This document shows, piece after piece, positions 48,339-61,000 of a stretch of DNA of 64,000 nt. This DNA comes from Corallochytrium limacisporum Hawaii (taxonomy: Eukaryota; Protista; Pluriformea): NCBI GenBank assembly GCA_002811645.1, contig PDIP01000019.1, forward strand, positions 103,592 through 167,591, written 5' to 3'. Within the stretch, counting starts at the first letter, position 1. Each line of letters starts with the position of its first letter. The notes beneath the pieces were generated by a model. It saw only the letters and a program-made list of their open reading frames with translations. It did no database searches and was not told the DNA's origin. The position numbers and the translations under genes were made by a program.

Positions 48339-51300
48339 ATGTCCCTCTTCGGCGGTGGCGGTGGCCAACAGGGAGGCGCCTCCGGTGGAGGCTTTAGTTT
48401 CGGTAGTGCAGGAGGATCTACAGCGCAACAGCCCGGAGCGACTGGCACCAGCGGTGGCACCGGAGGAGGATTCTCATTTGCCTCCACAGCAGGACCAGCA
48501 ACGGGACAACAGGGTGGTGCAGCCGCGGCCAGTGGTGGTTTCTCCTTTGGATCATCAACACAGTCCTCCACAACGCCACAGAAACCGGCTAGCACGGGAC
48601 TCTCTTTCGGATTGGGCGGTAGCACTGGGGCAACACAACAGCAGCAGTCCACTGGCACCACTGGCGGTGGTTTCAGTTTTGGATCTTCGACTACGGGCAC
48701 TGGTACCACCGGCGCTACGGGGACTACGAGCCAGCAACAGAACGTGGGAACGACTGGAGGTGGTCTCAATATGAGCTTTGGAGCCAAGCCAGCGGACAGC
48801 ACACAATCTGCCCAGGCTGCTGGTTCTGCGACGCCTCTGCTCTCTTTCGGTGGCAAGACAGGTGCTGCCCAGTCTCAGCAGCAGCAACAGCAACAGCTGC
48901 AGCAACGGCAACAGCCAGTGGCCAGTGGCCAAAACGCCGGAGCCCAGGGGCAGCAGCAGCAGCAGTCCGCCGTTGGCACCTCTTTACCTGACAAACAAAC
49001 CTTCAAGCAGTCTAGCGGGCGGTACGGTCTGTCCGCTATGGACCTCGACCAGGACTTTGGCCTCGACCGTGTGGCCAAAGAGAGCGAGGAACTGTTTACT
49101 TCGGCTATATCTGGCGGTATGTCTTCGACCAAGGCTTTGCCTGGAGATGAAGTGCTGGGCTCTGCAAGTGCGGTACCGATCGTCATGGTCAATCGGACAC
49201 CGATGCAACTGCAGAAGGAAACTGCTCAGCTTGGACGGCAGATTCAGACGCAGGCACAGGACGTTGGTAAGGCTGCAGTGATGCTTGGTCGTGCAGACGT
49301 GTCCCTGGCACGTATGGGCCGCCAGTTGGCAGAGATTCAGAATCAACCTTTGCACACGCAGACACCCAAGTACGACACTGACTTAGACGGCTACCTTAAC
49401 CGCCTGCATGAAGAAATGATCATTCAGGCTCTGGAGTCCACCAAGCGTGACATTGCGGATCAGTTCATGCGTAGGCACATGAACGCTGTGCGCCGGGAGT
49501 GGGATCGTGAAAAGAGTCAGAAGATTGGGACACTGAAAGAAGGTATGTTCGACAGGATCACATCGACGTCCATGATGGAACGTTCAGGACAGAAGTCCGG
49601 TACCCCTTATCCCGGCACGCCTCTGATGCTGTCTAGTCGCAATCGCACCAGTGCCTTTGGATCACCGACCTCGACCGCATCGCGGCAGGCGGCGTACAAG
49701 TCGCCAGTAGGCGTGATCACCTCGAAGCGTGGCCAGGACGTGGCCCTGGATCTGTCGGGCTATACATCGGCGACTTCTACGGTAGCTCGGTCCCAAGCTC
49801 TGGACTCTGTCCGTCTCGCCTACGCACGGGCTGTATATGATATGAACAGCGAAATCATCAAGACCGACAGCAGCAGACTTCCGTCGTCTTTCAATGTTCT
49901 CGGTGCCTTTGAGAAGGCCATGACCGATGCCAACCAGGGATTAGCTGCTAGTGATGCCATTGGTGGAGCAGAGTTCGAAATCAAGCGCTCAAGTGGCCGC
50001 TACTCGGAAATTGATGATACATGGAGTGCCCTACAGTGCGCTGTCGACGTGGGAGACCGTGTTGCAGGTGCGCGAGAGTTTCTGGAAGCCAAGTTCCTGG
50101 ACTATGTCCGTGATTACGTGTCACGCAACCGTGCAAATGTAGACATGGGTCCCTCGGGTCAGGGTCCTACGGATGGCAAGTACCTAGAAGCCTTTGTAGC
50201 TCTACTACGCAAGTTCCATGCACCGGCGGGTCAAATGATGGGTCACCATGGCCAGATCGTGGGAGGACAAAACCGTTACGAAGGACCGTGGTGCTTAATC
50301 TTCTATGCCATGCGGGCGGGTCTTTATGGTTATGCTCAGAGTGTGGCAGAGCACCATTCGGCTGTGGACACTAAGCTTTCTTGGGCCCTGGAATGGCTTC
50401 AGGTCCGTTCACGGAAACAGGAGATCTCAGAGAGCACAAAGAAAGCGATCCGCTTGGAGCTTGCCTCACCTGCGAGTGGGAGTGAACAGGAATTCAAACG
50501 GGCTGTGCTGAACATCGTCAGTGTCGTCGACACACAGAATATGCACCAGACTATCTGTACCAAGACCCAGGATTACCTATGGCTGAAGCTGTCCTTCCTG
50601 AGATCTGAAAAGAATACCGGAGACTATTCTTTGGCCGACCTGCAAAAGGAAGTCAACGATCGCGTCGACTCTGCCACGCAGACACAGCATGGGGTCAAAG
50701 CTACCCTGATCTTCCAAATGTATCTCCTTTCTGGGCAGTACGAGAAGGCCATTGCGTTCCTGTGCTCGAAGATGCCCGATTTCTATGTAGATGGCGTCCA
50801 CATGGCCATTGCCCTCTCACAGCTCGACATGCTGCACACAATCCGCGAGGACGATCCTCAGATGTTGCAGTACTCGAGTACTGGTGATGTGTCATTGAAC
50901 TATCAACGCCTGCTGGTCGAGTACATTGGCATTGTCAGCCCTCGCCAGATTGAATTGGCGCTAGAGTACGCTGCAGTACTCTACTACGTCAATCACGACC
51001 GCTTCGTGGAGGTACTCAAATCCATGGCTCTGCAGTCTAAGGAGTATGACTTCCTGTTCGGTACCCGCATTGCTGCTGATAAGGTACAAGAGGGACGTCT
51101 GTCAGAACGCTTTGGATCCATGCTGGACGGTGAGTCTCAGGGTGAGGAAGGAATTATTTTCCGACTGGCCATGGAATTCGAACGCGAGGGCCACTTTGAG
51201 CAGGCTGTCGATCTCTACGTTCGTGCCGGTACCACACAGTCCTATGTTCAGGCTCTGCGCAATATTGTCATACAACTTGGACAGTATCTCACCCGACGCA

Positions 51301-51842
51301 TTGGCAATGCAGATCGCACGCGGTTTTACACCCTTGGTGTGAAGATCCACCAGACGTACCTCGAGTGGCGTCTTGGTGAGGTGCAAACGACTGAGGAATT
51401 CAGTGACTTGGAAAAGCTGTTGCACCTGACCATCTTCTTTGACTACTATTTCCTGGCCAAGCACCCGGGCTATCTACCCAGTGTGAACTTCGGTGAAGTG
51501 AATCTTGACACATACGAGGCGGCCCGGCGCGCGGTAGACAAGCTTGACGAACTCGAGGTCCTGCCTGTGACGATGCCTGAGGCTATGCGCAAGGCGGAAC
51601 CCATCAAGGGAATGTCACGCAATGTCATTCGCGATCATCTATCCGACCTGATTGTGGCTTGTGTGGATTTGATCAAAATTCTCTATCAGGACCGCAACCG
51701 TCGTCCGCACTCTGGAGATTTTAGTGTCGGCGGTCTGAGGGAACGGGCGCGTGCTTTGAAGCTTTTCTGCACCATGGTCTCCCGCCTGATCAGCGCGGAG
51801 TGTTCCCAAGCGGTGTTGCACGTGGAGAGCAGTATCAACTAA
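48339..51842 (+). CDS. NUP93: Nucleoporin Nup93/Nic96 with N-terminal FG-repeat and poly-Q extension
   Basis: First ATG is at 48339 (MSLFGG). DTDLDGYLNRLHEEMII, REWDREKSQ, GAREFLEAKF, WCLIFYAMRAG, TQDYLWLKLS and LLSGQYEKAIAFL...DGVHMAIAL are Nic96 motifs. Confidence 0.93.
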   Translation: MSLFGGGGGQQGGASGGGFSFGSAGGSTAQQPGATGTSGGTGGGFSFASTAGPATGQQGGAAAASGGFSFGSSTQSSTTPQKPASTGLSFGLGGSTGATQQQQSTGTTGGGFSFGSSTTGTGTTGATGTTSQQQNVGTTGGGLNMSFGAKPADSTQSAQAAGSATPLLSFGGKTGAAQSQQQQQQQLQQRQQPVASGQNAGAQGQQQQQSAVGTSLPDKQTFKQSSGRYGLSAMDLDQDFGLDRVAKESEELFTSAISGGMSSTKALPGDEVLGSASAVPIVMVNRTPMQLQKETAQLGRQIQTQAQDVGKAAVMLGRADVSLARMGRQLAEIQNQPLHTQTPKYDTDLDGYLNRLHEEMIIQALESTKRDIADQFMRRHMNAVRREWDREKSQKIGTLKEGMFDRITSTSMMERSGQKSGTPYPGTPLMLSSRNRTSAFGSPTSTASRQAAYKSPVGVITSKRGQDVALDLSGYTSATSTVARSQALDSVRLAYARAVYDMNSEIIKTDSSRLPSSFNVLGAFEKAMTDANQGLAASDAIGGAEFEIKRSSGRYSEIDDTWSALQCAVDVGDRVAGAREFLEAKFLDYVRDYVSRNRANVDMGPSGQGPTDGKYLEAFVALLRKFHAPAGQMMGHHGQIVGGQNRYEGPWCLIFYAMRAGLYGYAQSVAEHHSAVDTKLSWALEWLQVRSRKQEISESTKKAIRLELASPASGSEQEFKRAVLNIVSVVDTQNMHQTICTKTQDYLWLKLSFLRSEKNTGDYSLADLQKEVNDRVDSATQTQHGVKATLIFQMYLLSGQYEKAIAFLCSKMPDFYVDGVHMAIALSQLDMLHTIREDDPQMLQYSSTGDVSLNYQRLLVEYIGIVSPRQIELALEYAAVLYYVNHDRFVEVLKSMALQSKEYDFLFGTRIAADKVQEGRLSERFGSMLDGESQGEEGIIFRLAMEFEREGHFEQAVDLYVRAGTTQSYVQALRNIVIQLGQYLTRRIGNADRTRFYTLGVKIHQTYLEWRLGEVQTTEEFSDLEKLLHLTIFFDYYFLAKHPGYLPSVNFGEVNLDTYEAARRAVDKLDELEVLPVTMPEAMRKAEPIKGMSRNVIRDHLSDLIVACVDLIKILYQDRNRRPHSGDFSVGGLRERARALKLFCTMVSRLISAECSQAVLHVESSIN

Positions 51843-51941
51843 AGAGCATTCAGACTCTTTTATCATATTACACATTTACACTCACAGAGTTCAAATAGCA
51901 TCACTACCTCTTGCGACACCAAGAAGGGTTGCTACATCAAT

Positions 51942-54218
51942 TTAATCCTCCTCATACTCTTTAGTCGTAGACATGTCCTTGGCATTGGCATCATATTTGT
52001 TCGGTCTGGAAAATTGTTTCTTGCCGGATCCTCCTTTCCTCATAGCTCCATTGAGCTTAACACCCTTCATTTCCTGCAAGACTTGCTTGGGTGATCGCCG
52101 GAGGGCGAAAGCCTTTGCAACATGACCCAGATGCAGCTTCTTGATATGGCAGATGGCCTTCATTTGCCGCGGGTAGGCACCGTATGAGCGGATGAAGGAA
52201 ACGAATGCCTTATCACAAAGGTCACTGACCTCATCATTGCTTTGCACAAGTTCCTCACACGCAATCTGTAGATCATTGGCCATGCGGTTGAATTGTGCAT
52301 GGCCAAAAGCATCGGCCAGAACACCCTCTGCACTGCCCTTCTGCATTCCTGGGGTACTCACCTCCAAGGGCTGTGGGAAAATCTTCTTGTCCCGCAGAGA
52401 AGTAATGTAGTCAGTTTCAGAAGGAAGCAGCATAATCAGGGATGCTCCTTTAGCATCCAATCGACCAGAGCGACCAACACGATGGACGTAGCTCTCAATA
52501 CTGTCGGGGATGCCGTACTGAATTACCCATGTCACTCCTTGAATATCCAAGCCTCGAGCGGCCACATCTGTACAGAACAAGATCACGGATCGATTGTCTT
52601 TGCTTCTCAGACCCTTGTAGACCTGTGTCCGCTTTTTCTGGGGCATACTACCATGCAAACCGTACACGGCGACCTCATCCAGTACTGGTGCTCTTGACTG
52701 CTTGCTTGTCTTGGCCCTAGTAGCTGGTTTCTTGATCGAAGACAGTGCAAGCTCCAAAATATTGCGCTGCTGGTTTAAATCGAACCCTTCCACAGCATAC
52801 TGTGTCAGAGAAGCCTCGTTGAATTGCTTTGCGAATCCGTCTGGATACTGCAACAAAGCAGTGAAGAAGTCAACCATTTCACAGGTGCTGACAAACACAA
52901 CGGCCTTACATGGGCTTCCGGGGTGCTGTTGTGCTTTCTTAACCTCATGCGCTAAGAAAGCAATCAAACTTGTCAACTTTAACTTCGCAGGCACCACAGA
53001 GAATGACTGGCATAGTGAGGAAGGCACCTGGATGTTTCCATCGTCCGATTCAGCTTCGAGTGCTGCGGCTGTGTGCTCTGTCCCATTGTGTGGCTCCTTG
53101 AGTGCAGCATCTATGCGAGTAACGTTGTGACGAAGACCCAGAGAGGCCAGCTCCAGGACCTTCGACGGGAGTGTTGCTGAAAGCAGCAAGTTGGTACGAG
53201 AAGACCGATCCGACGGCAGTTTCTGCACAATCTCTTCAATGACCGGAGCAAATCCCATGTCACATAGCCGATCAGCCTCATCAAGCACAAAGAATCGCGT
53301 CCGATCCAGCAAAAGACTCTCTGTGTTCTTCATATGATCCAGTAATCTACCAGGAGTGGCAATAAGAATATTCACGCCTTTTCGCAACCGTGCCTTCTCA
53401 CTCTTTCGGTTCTCTCCGCCGGTGAGACACCCAGGGACAATGCGCACTTCAGCGGTACATAGCGACATAGAAGTTTCGTAGATTTGCAGCGCAAGCTCCC
53501 GGGTTGGTGCCAAAATTAAGGCGTGCAGTCCTGTTATGCGCTTAATTGGAGGTGTAATAGCCCTGAGATGCTCGAGAATTGGTAGTAGATATACTAATGT
53601 CTTGCCGGAACCCGTCGGAGATTTGATGATAAAGTCCGTCTCAAGGGCCCTCTCACCTTCAGGGATGGGCCTGAGCAAATGAGGCAATGCTTTACGTTGC
53701 ACGACAGTCAAATATTTGGCAGCAAACTTCTTTTGAAGCACTCCTTGGACTCGATTACTCAATGGCAATTCTGTAAATGTTGTAACATCGCCTGTCCCAC
53801 CTGATCCGAAAGCTTTGGTTGTCATACTCGTGTCCGCCTCGACAGCCTCAGGCATGACAATCTCGGGATTCTTAGTAAATACTGAAGAAACTATGCCTTT
53901 CGACTTTTTTACTTCTCGGTGTGAGACGGGCGTCTCGACATCGACCTCAGCTAGACTAGAGAGCGGCCGCTTGGTACCTTTCTGCTCAGATGCTGACTGA
54001 TCCCGCCGCCCATTTCTTTGACTACTGCTATTCTTACTGATTCCATTGCGGACAGTTCCGTTGCTGGCTCTTTTCGTTGGATTGCCATGTGTTTGCTTAC
54101 CAGCAAACGGGTTGATAAGGTCAAATGCAGACCCATCGGTCTTTCTCTTCTGCTTCTTGTTCGACGTTCTGGATTCAGAGCCGCCAATGTTCAATGTGAA
54201 ATCGTCCTCATCCGTCAT
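51942..54218 (-). CDS. DDX31: DEAD-box RNA helicase DBP7/DDX31
   Basis: SPTGSGKT, PTRELA, GGENRKSEKARLRKGVNILIATPGRLLDH, DEAD, SAT, HRVGRSGR and LHLGHVAKAFALR. Confidence 0.96.
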   Translation of the reverse strand: MTDEDDFTLNIGGSESRTSNKKQKRKTDGSAFDLINPFAGKQTHGNPTKRASNGTVRNGISKNSSSQRNGRRDQSASEQKGTKRPLSSLAEVDVETPVSHREVKKSKGIVSSVFTKNPEIVMPEAVEADTSMTTKAFGSGGTGDVTTFTELPLSNRVQGVLQKKFAAKYLTVVQRKALPHLLRPIPEGERALETDFIIKSPTGSGKTLVYLLPILEHLRAITPPIKRITGLHALILAPTRELALQIYETSMSLCTAEVRIVPGCLTGGENRKSEKARLRKGVNILIATPGRLLDHMKNTESLLLDRTRFFVLDEADRLCDMGFAPVIEEIVQKLPSDRSSRTNLLLSATLPSKVLELASLGLRHNVTRIDAALKEPHNGTEHTAAALEAESDDGNIQVPSSLCQSFSVVPAKLKLTSLIAFLAHEVKKAQQHPGSPCKAVVFVSTCEMVDFFTALLQYPDGFAKQFNEASLTQYAVEGFDLNQQRNILELALSSIKKPATRAKTSKQSRAPVLDEVAVYGLHGSMPQKKRTQVYKGLRSKDNRSVILFCTDVAARGLDIQGVTWVIQYGIPDSIESYVHRVGRSGRLDAKGASLIMLLPSETDYITSLRDKKIFPQPLEVSTPGMQKGSAEGVLADAFGHAQFNRMANDLQIACEELVQSNDEVSDLCDKAFVSFIRSYGAYPRQMKAICHIKKLHLGHVAKAFALRRSPKQVLQEMKGVKLNGAMRKGGSGKKQFSRPNKYDANAKDMSTTKEYEED

Positions 54219-55031
54219 GGTTCCACCAGGCCCGCTAATGCCGATCCGACAAAGTGGCCTTGACAGATTGGCATACGATGAAACTGATTAAGCGAACTCA
54301 ATGGGAAATTCACCTAAGTACCCTTTTGTAGCAACGATCAACTGTCACACGGAACGCCCCTCCTACATACCCACCACGCGCGCTCTGGCACGCACCCCAC
54401 TCTCGCTGTGTACGCTCACACCCCAATGCGCCCGGAGAGACCCGCTTTTTCGCCTTTTGCAGAAGAAGAGGGAGTAAAATTAGGCCCCTGTTTTCGGGAC
54501 TCATTTCTATGTGCTAGAGGTTCAACGGCTGGGATGTAAGAGGCCCCAACTGTCGTCTGGTAGGGTACGTGAGGGGTATCGAAGACTGAGAAGATTAAGG
54601 GGGTTTATCACCCAGATACCACATCCATAGATCAAGGGGTCTGGGTTTTGTAGGGTCTTCCTCTGCTTGATACCCAAAGAAATGCGCGAAAATCCGCCAT
54701 TCAGAAGGAAGGGAGGGTGTTCTCGGCGGCGCCGCGGGGACTGTTCCCCGCTGAGAGGCAGAGCCATCGAATCGGGACCAAGCGGTCTGGCGTCTGTCCA
54801 TGGTCCATGGACTGGCTACTTTAGACGGTATCAAAGATAATTCCTCTCCAACCACAAGCCAGAGCATTGTGTCACAGAATTCTATTCCTGACATGTGACA
54901 AAATTAGTTCGGGATTCAGGGACCATATTTCCATGTGAAGATTCGTCGGGAGAATCGGACTGTCAAAGAGACATGGACGGGTGACTAGAATATCATACTC
55001 GCCCTGTGCGGCGATATTAACAATCATCAAA

Positions 55032-58000
55032 ATGACTGACAAAGGAAAGAAGGCTGAAAAGCCCGCAAAATCTGGAGAAGTTGGACGAGATCGGTCAACC
55101 AGTTTTGGTTATGTATCCCCTGAGCTTCTTCGCAAGTCTTCCGATCTCAGCGGGAATGCTTACCTTGTACAGGCTAGTAGTGAGTATTTCGATTTAGACA
55201 CCAAGATGGCCGGTTTACGGGAAAGTGAGCTTTACGGCATGTCTACAGAAAATTTATCTGAGCCCCCGCGGCGTCGCTTGGATGTCACTGTACTCGACCC
55301 GGCTGAGATGGCTGCTGTTGACGGAGGGATTGCTAATGATCAGGAACCTAGATTCCCAAGAAGAGCCAACGTTTCGGCACTAGACTTGTATCGTGAAACA
55401 GATGCAGTTGCTTCTCAAGATGACAGTCCTCTCATTCGACATGAATCATCAGATCGTGTTGGGTCCAACGCAGACTCCCCGCTTCCTAATCGAGCCCGTG
55501 CTTTCAGCGGGAAGTCCATCATGAGCAATGAGCTGACTCCAAGAAAATCTGAAGTAATCATAAGTGGCACTGGACTGTATACGCAAATGTACTCTGTTGA
55601 TGACTTAATTTGGTCCAATAGCATTTTTGTAAGACAGCACAAGGATGCTACCTTTGAGGCTAAAACTATTCGACAAGAAGTCTCATCGAAAGCACAGCAA
55701 AGGAAAGTCGTCGCCGAAGTGTTACAAATTTGTGGGAAAAGGGATCCTAAGCCGTCAGATGGAGAACGATTACTGTTTTTGATGGGTCGCCTAAAGGCCG
55801 GTGAGAACGAAGCGTTCTTGCGACTCGCACCATGGGTGATCTGCAGCATGACCTATCATAATCTGATAGAGTCGAAGCGTTCGCAGGCAATGAGCAGTAG
55901 CACAGAGGCTGATTTTGAGGACTACAACGACTTGAAGCCGGTGGAGTTCTTAATCCGAACCTCACCTACCCCGCTGCATCTCTACCCGTTGATCTCCATT
56001 GCTCTCACCTCTACTCTAGCTGCCAAGCGGTCGCCAGCCAACGACGGGAAGAAACGAAAGGCAATCAACCTGCTGAAGTTCTTTGAGAGAGAGTACCCAG
56101 AGGTTGTCCAGGCCAGTATCCATAGTATCGTCAATCCGCTGTGGGCATTGCTTAGTGATTGTATCAGTGAATCGACTCAGGACTACGAATTCGGATTGAA
56201 GGAGTCACCACTGGCGGAGGAATCACAAGATCAGATCGAACAATATCTGGCAGATGTTGCCAAGCGCGCCGAGCCCTCGGAATGGCTTAGTATGGTCATG
56301 AAAAATATTAACGTGGAGAGCTGGCATTTCCGGGGCCTTGTCAGAGGACTGTCAATCATCAAACGGTTGTTCATCTTACCAGACATTGGAGCGACCATGC
56401 TGAGTGTGCACAACAACAGCAGCTCAGACTGGGACTTGAGCAATCCCAACCTTCCAATTATCGGTGAGGTAACGGCTAGAAGCGGACACAGTAGTCAAAG
56501 TCTACTGCCGGACCTGACCATCGACCCAGCAAACTACAATGGCCAAGGTCTCCACAAGCTATTCGCGGATGAGGCTCAGGCAATGATGTTAGTTCGTCTA
56601 TTAGGGACCATCGTGCAATTACGCAAGTTACCGATTATCCACCATTTGGTAGTGGAAATAATCTCCCTGGGATTTTATTTCGAGGAAAACCTTCCGGCTA
56701 CACTTGCAGCAGAGATTTTTTCGCTAACCCTGGACATGTTGAGATCCCAGATTACTGTCAAATCCGACGGTGTCACCACGAACAAAGAACGGAACACAGC
56801 TCAGATGGAAGCTCAGGACTTAACTATTTCTGCTATCATTCAGCTCGCGAGCCATCAAGAAAGGCAACTGCAAAATGCTGGAGGCGCTATGCTCGCACAA
56901 TTACCTGTGAGGGACAGCCTCTACATTTACACCAAGATCGTGGACACAGTATCATTGAGGAACTTGTTTGTGGGAAACACTTACAAGGACTTCTTGATCA
57001 AGTGCTTCATTGCAGGTCACAAAACGCTAAAACCAGACCTGCAGACCCTCAAGGGAATATTAGTGCAAGTTCAACGGCATGAGACGAAAGTGTTCTATGA
57101 GCCACTGATGCAGTCGATGGTAAGCGACATCGACATGAATATCTTTGAAGGTATATTTGCGTTGAAGGTCTACAGGTCCTCCATTGGCTTTACGCATGCA
57201 ATGCCTCCAGCACTCCTGACGGCTGCATTGACAAAGAAAGGTAATCACAGAGCCATTCTTCACTGGCTCATTGAATTGAGTTACATCACCACAAAGTCGA
57301 AGTTGGGGGATGGGACCATTCGCCACCTAATTCGAATCGTTTCGATGCTCATGCAGCTACTAGAGAAAGTTTTGGCAGAACACTCGGAGGATCTCTCAAG
57401 TATGCTCAACTTTGAACCAGTGGGCGGTGTCGAAAGGAAGGAAAGCGGATCAGCGGAGGCAAGTAGTCAAGCTCGGCCGGTCATTTTGTCAAGGATCTTC
57501 CTCTCGCTAGTCTTTGATTTCATGGCCCGAGTAACTATGCTCAAGTTTCGTTCCAGACAGCGGCTTGCCCTGAGAGTCCCGCCCACCCTGTTGCAGAAGA
57601 TTCTCCATCTTGTGAGCCTGGAGTTGCCTATTGCCTTGCGGGGCAATCATTTCCCTTCACTCGAGGACATGGAACTTAATGAGCTCTACCGGGTGTACTC
57701 AGTCATGACGTCCTATGCGGCGTTGTTCCTTCTACCGCGAGCGTCCGCACTGAGCGCACACGGTGAAAGTCAGCGAACCAGTCTTCTCGAACAGTGCAAA
57801 AAGTACGGTGAAAAAAGGCAGAAGATGATGCAATCGAACTTCCCTAGGAGTTTACTTGAGTCGGCGACAACTCTCCTAGCCCTAAATTCAATTGGTATGA
57901 ATCAAGAAGATCTGCTGCAGCTGCCCGATCTGTGTTCGTTGATGCTGTCTTATGACAATGAGAAAGTACGCAACTCTGCGGCTTTGCTTATGTTTACAGC

Positions 58001-61000
58001 TGGTGAAGCCAGTCCCATGCATCTACAGAAGGTTTTCGTGCAACATCTGTACGAGTCTGATCACTACAGAAGAAAGCTCCAGGTGATCAGACTGGCTCGC
58101 CTCTGGAGCAGGCGTAATGACTACGGGTATGTGCTCAGTGAAGATGAAAAACTACGTACAAACTCTTTCTTCAAAAAGGCTCCCCCTTTTTATCCATTCA
58201 ATCAACCCTCACCAGCGGACACGATAAGCGAAACTTTGCTGGTTGTGCAAGGAGCACAAAGGGGGGTAAAAGCGTTTCAATCGTCAAGTGTCCACGCTGC
58301 AGCGAGCAAGATGGCCCCTACATTGGAACAAGTTGCTGCCTCCAAACAGACTACGGAAAACGCCAGCAATGACAAGGTCAGCGCCATCGTAAAGAACTCT
58401 GGTATCGCCAATACCACTGTAACCATGCCAAAGGCCAAGTTCTCTCATGGGCATGGCCATTTCTCTCTGGGTACAGGTACGCTGAGTGGAATTTGCAACA
58501 TCTTACATGCCTATCCACTTCTACATATTCTCAGTAATGTGGAAGATCTGCGGAATGACAAGTTCTTGTACCCTAGACCATTCCAAACGGCTACTCTCGC
58601 AGTCATTGATCTGCTTGACGACAACGAAATTGATGTCTTAAGTCTCAGCAGCTCGTTTTTGCTCGAGTCCCTCGGTGAGGACTACCAACTGTTTTTCAGG
58701 CCGTTCATCGAGAGAATGAGCAACAAGCAACAAGACCGAAACATCGAGAGTGATATGCTGGCTAGACTGGATCGGATGATGGTTCACATGCCATTACGAG
58801 TGGCTGCAAACTCAGCCACACAGATGTTTAATCACATCTGTGGGTTGATTGGTCACCTCGCTGGAACTGGTGGTGATCTTGGCCTGATTGCTGGCCATAT
58901 GTCTGTGGCAGCCAGGCTCATTGACAGTGTGGGTTCCATAAGCTATGGTAGAATGCTCAAAGAACGAGTTGATATCTGGATGCTTCCCTTTGGGTTAACG
59001 AAACAGCAATTGTCTGGGTTCTTTGCGAATGTGACAGTGCGTGCAAGATCACCATCTCCGTCCATGTTGCCAGAGGAATCGAGAAATACGCCTGATGACC
59101 AAGAAGGGGCTGACACCATGGAGTTTGAACATCTCCCTGGTAATCTATACATCTCCTTTCCCCTACAAATGGCATGTGTTGATGAACTTGGGAAGGACCA
59201 TAGTCGTTTGTGGGATCAATACCTCATACTACAGACCAAACAGCTTGCGTTTATGCAGAGTTTGTGCTTGAGAGTACCAAAAGATGCCCCTACCCTTATC
59301 CGGAGATTCTATGAGAGTTTGGATGTCGCCAAAATCGTTTTGGTATTGTCGGGTACTGGTAGAGGCACAAACAGATATGATGTTCTACTGAAGCGGAGAT
59401 GGATTGAGCTCCTGAACAATTGCTTCTTGATTCTTCCTCAAGACTTTGTTTTCCAGAATGAGATACGGGTAACCTTGCAGGTGTTCCAAAAAATGCTGAC
59501 AAATGCACATCTCACGGGTGGCGCGGATTTGACTGTGCTAATGGGCATGCTGAAGTTTGTCGTGATCATCAGCGTCAGGTTTGCGATCACTGTACGCGAG
59601 TCTTGTATGAGTGTCATCGGAGAGACTCTAACGATCATGAAGTGGACTCAATGGCACAACCCGCAGGCCAAGCAAGCAATCGATTATGTGTGGTACCTTC
59701 TTTACACCAGCCATGGCCATCGGTTTTTGTTGCCTGCGTTTGGGTGCTGGAAGAAATATGCCGAACTCATCCGCACGAATGCACGCAAAGCACGAGTGAG
59801 TGATGCCTCCGCTGAGAACTTGATCTCGGGGGTATTGACACCGACTACGTCTCTTAGTGCGCGGGACTCTAACGCCTGGACTGCAAGCGAAGGGGATACT
59901 TCTGGTAGCTTTATTATGGAGTCTGGAAGAGCAGAACTTGAAGTGCGGTCGGAAATGGTGATTGAAGAGGTCCTAATATCTCTCCTCCTGGCACTGACGA
60001 AGAAACCAGAGGTTGTTACGGAAATTGAGGATGCGTATATTGACGTCTGTGAGCAGAGTTTCATGATTGGTGTGCCTGTTGAATTAGAGTTCAAGCTGGT
60101 TCGCCGACAAGGTCGGACCATGCATGCGGATGTTACTGAATCTCTTGAAGAAATCTGGCGCCTAATGGTTATCACTATGTTGTACGATGTCACAAGCCCA
60201 AGGAGCTCTGAAATTGCAACCGTGTTGACCTCTCTGTGCCATCGACTAATTCCAGCGCTGGATGTATCCGTTGTGCGATCCACCATTAAGCACAGTCTCA
60301 CGAGTCTGCACTCTCGTATGAAGGCGATCAGCAAGTCACGGGCAGCTTCTAAGCCTGCAGTATTGCCATCAGGCTCAGGGGTGGACGAAGAAACTATACC
60401 TGTGGAGCTTTATTTCACTGCGACAGTATGCAATGCAATCTTCATCACGACATCACAAGCCATCGCAACGCATAGGTCGAGTATCGATTTGGATGCAGAA
60501 GACGTGAAGAATGTTCTTCGGCTGATACGTCGCCTGCTCCAAACACCTGCGGCCTCGGCCATCAACTGGGATTCAATTGTGGCTATCTTACACTGCCTCA
60601 CACACATGCATCTGGACGATGTCCAGAACAACTTAACGCAAGTTTCCAAGATTCTTGTAACTACCACTCGCATGGTTCGCAAGGACCCTCGGCCTCTGTA
60701 CTTATCAAAGATGGTTCGTGTATTGGACGTACTTGTGAACAGTGGATTGCAAGGAGAAGCGTACCACAACCACATAATGGCCTTCTGTACGGCTGCTCTC
60801 GAGGGTGCTCAGAAGTTCTATTGCCCACCGAGCCTGCGTGAAGCTTTGTATCGACTAATTACCCGGATGACCAGAACTGGTTTCTCAGGATCGCTACAGT
60901 TGCTCGACATGATTGATGTTAATGACCATATGACTTTGGTTTATGTTGTGCTCCCCGTCTGCATCACCATTACGCTTGAGGAGGCGGACCTAACTACCTA

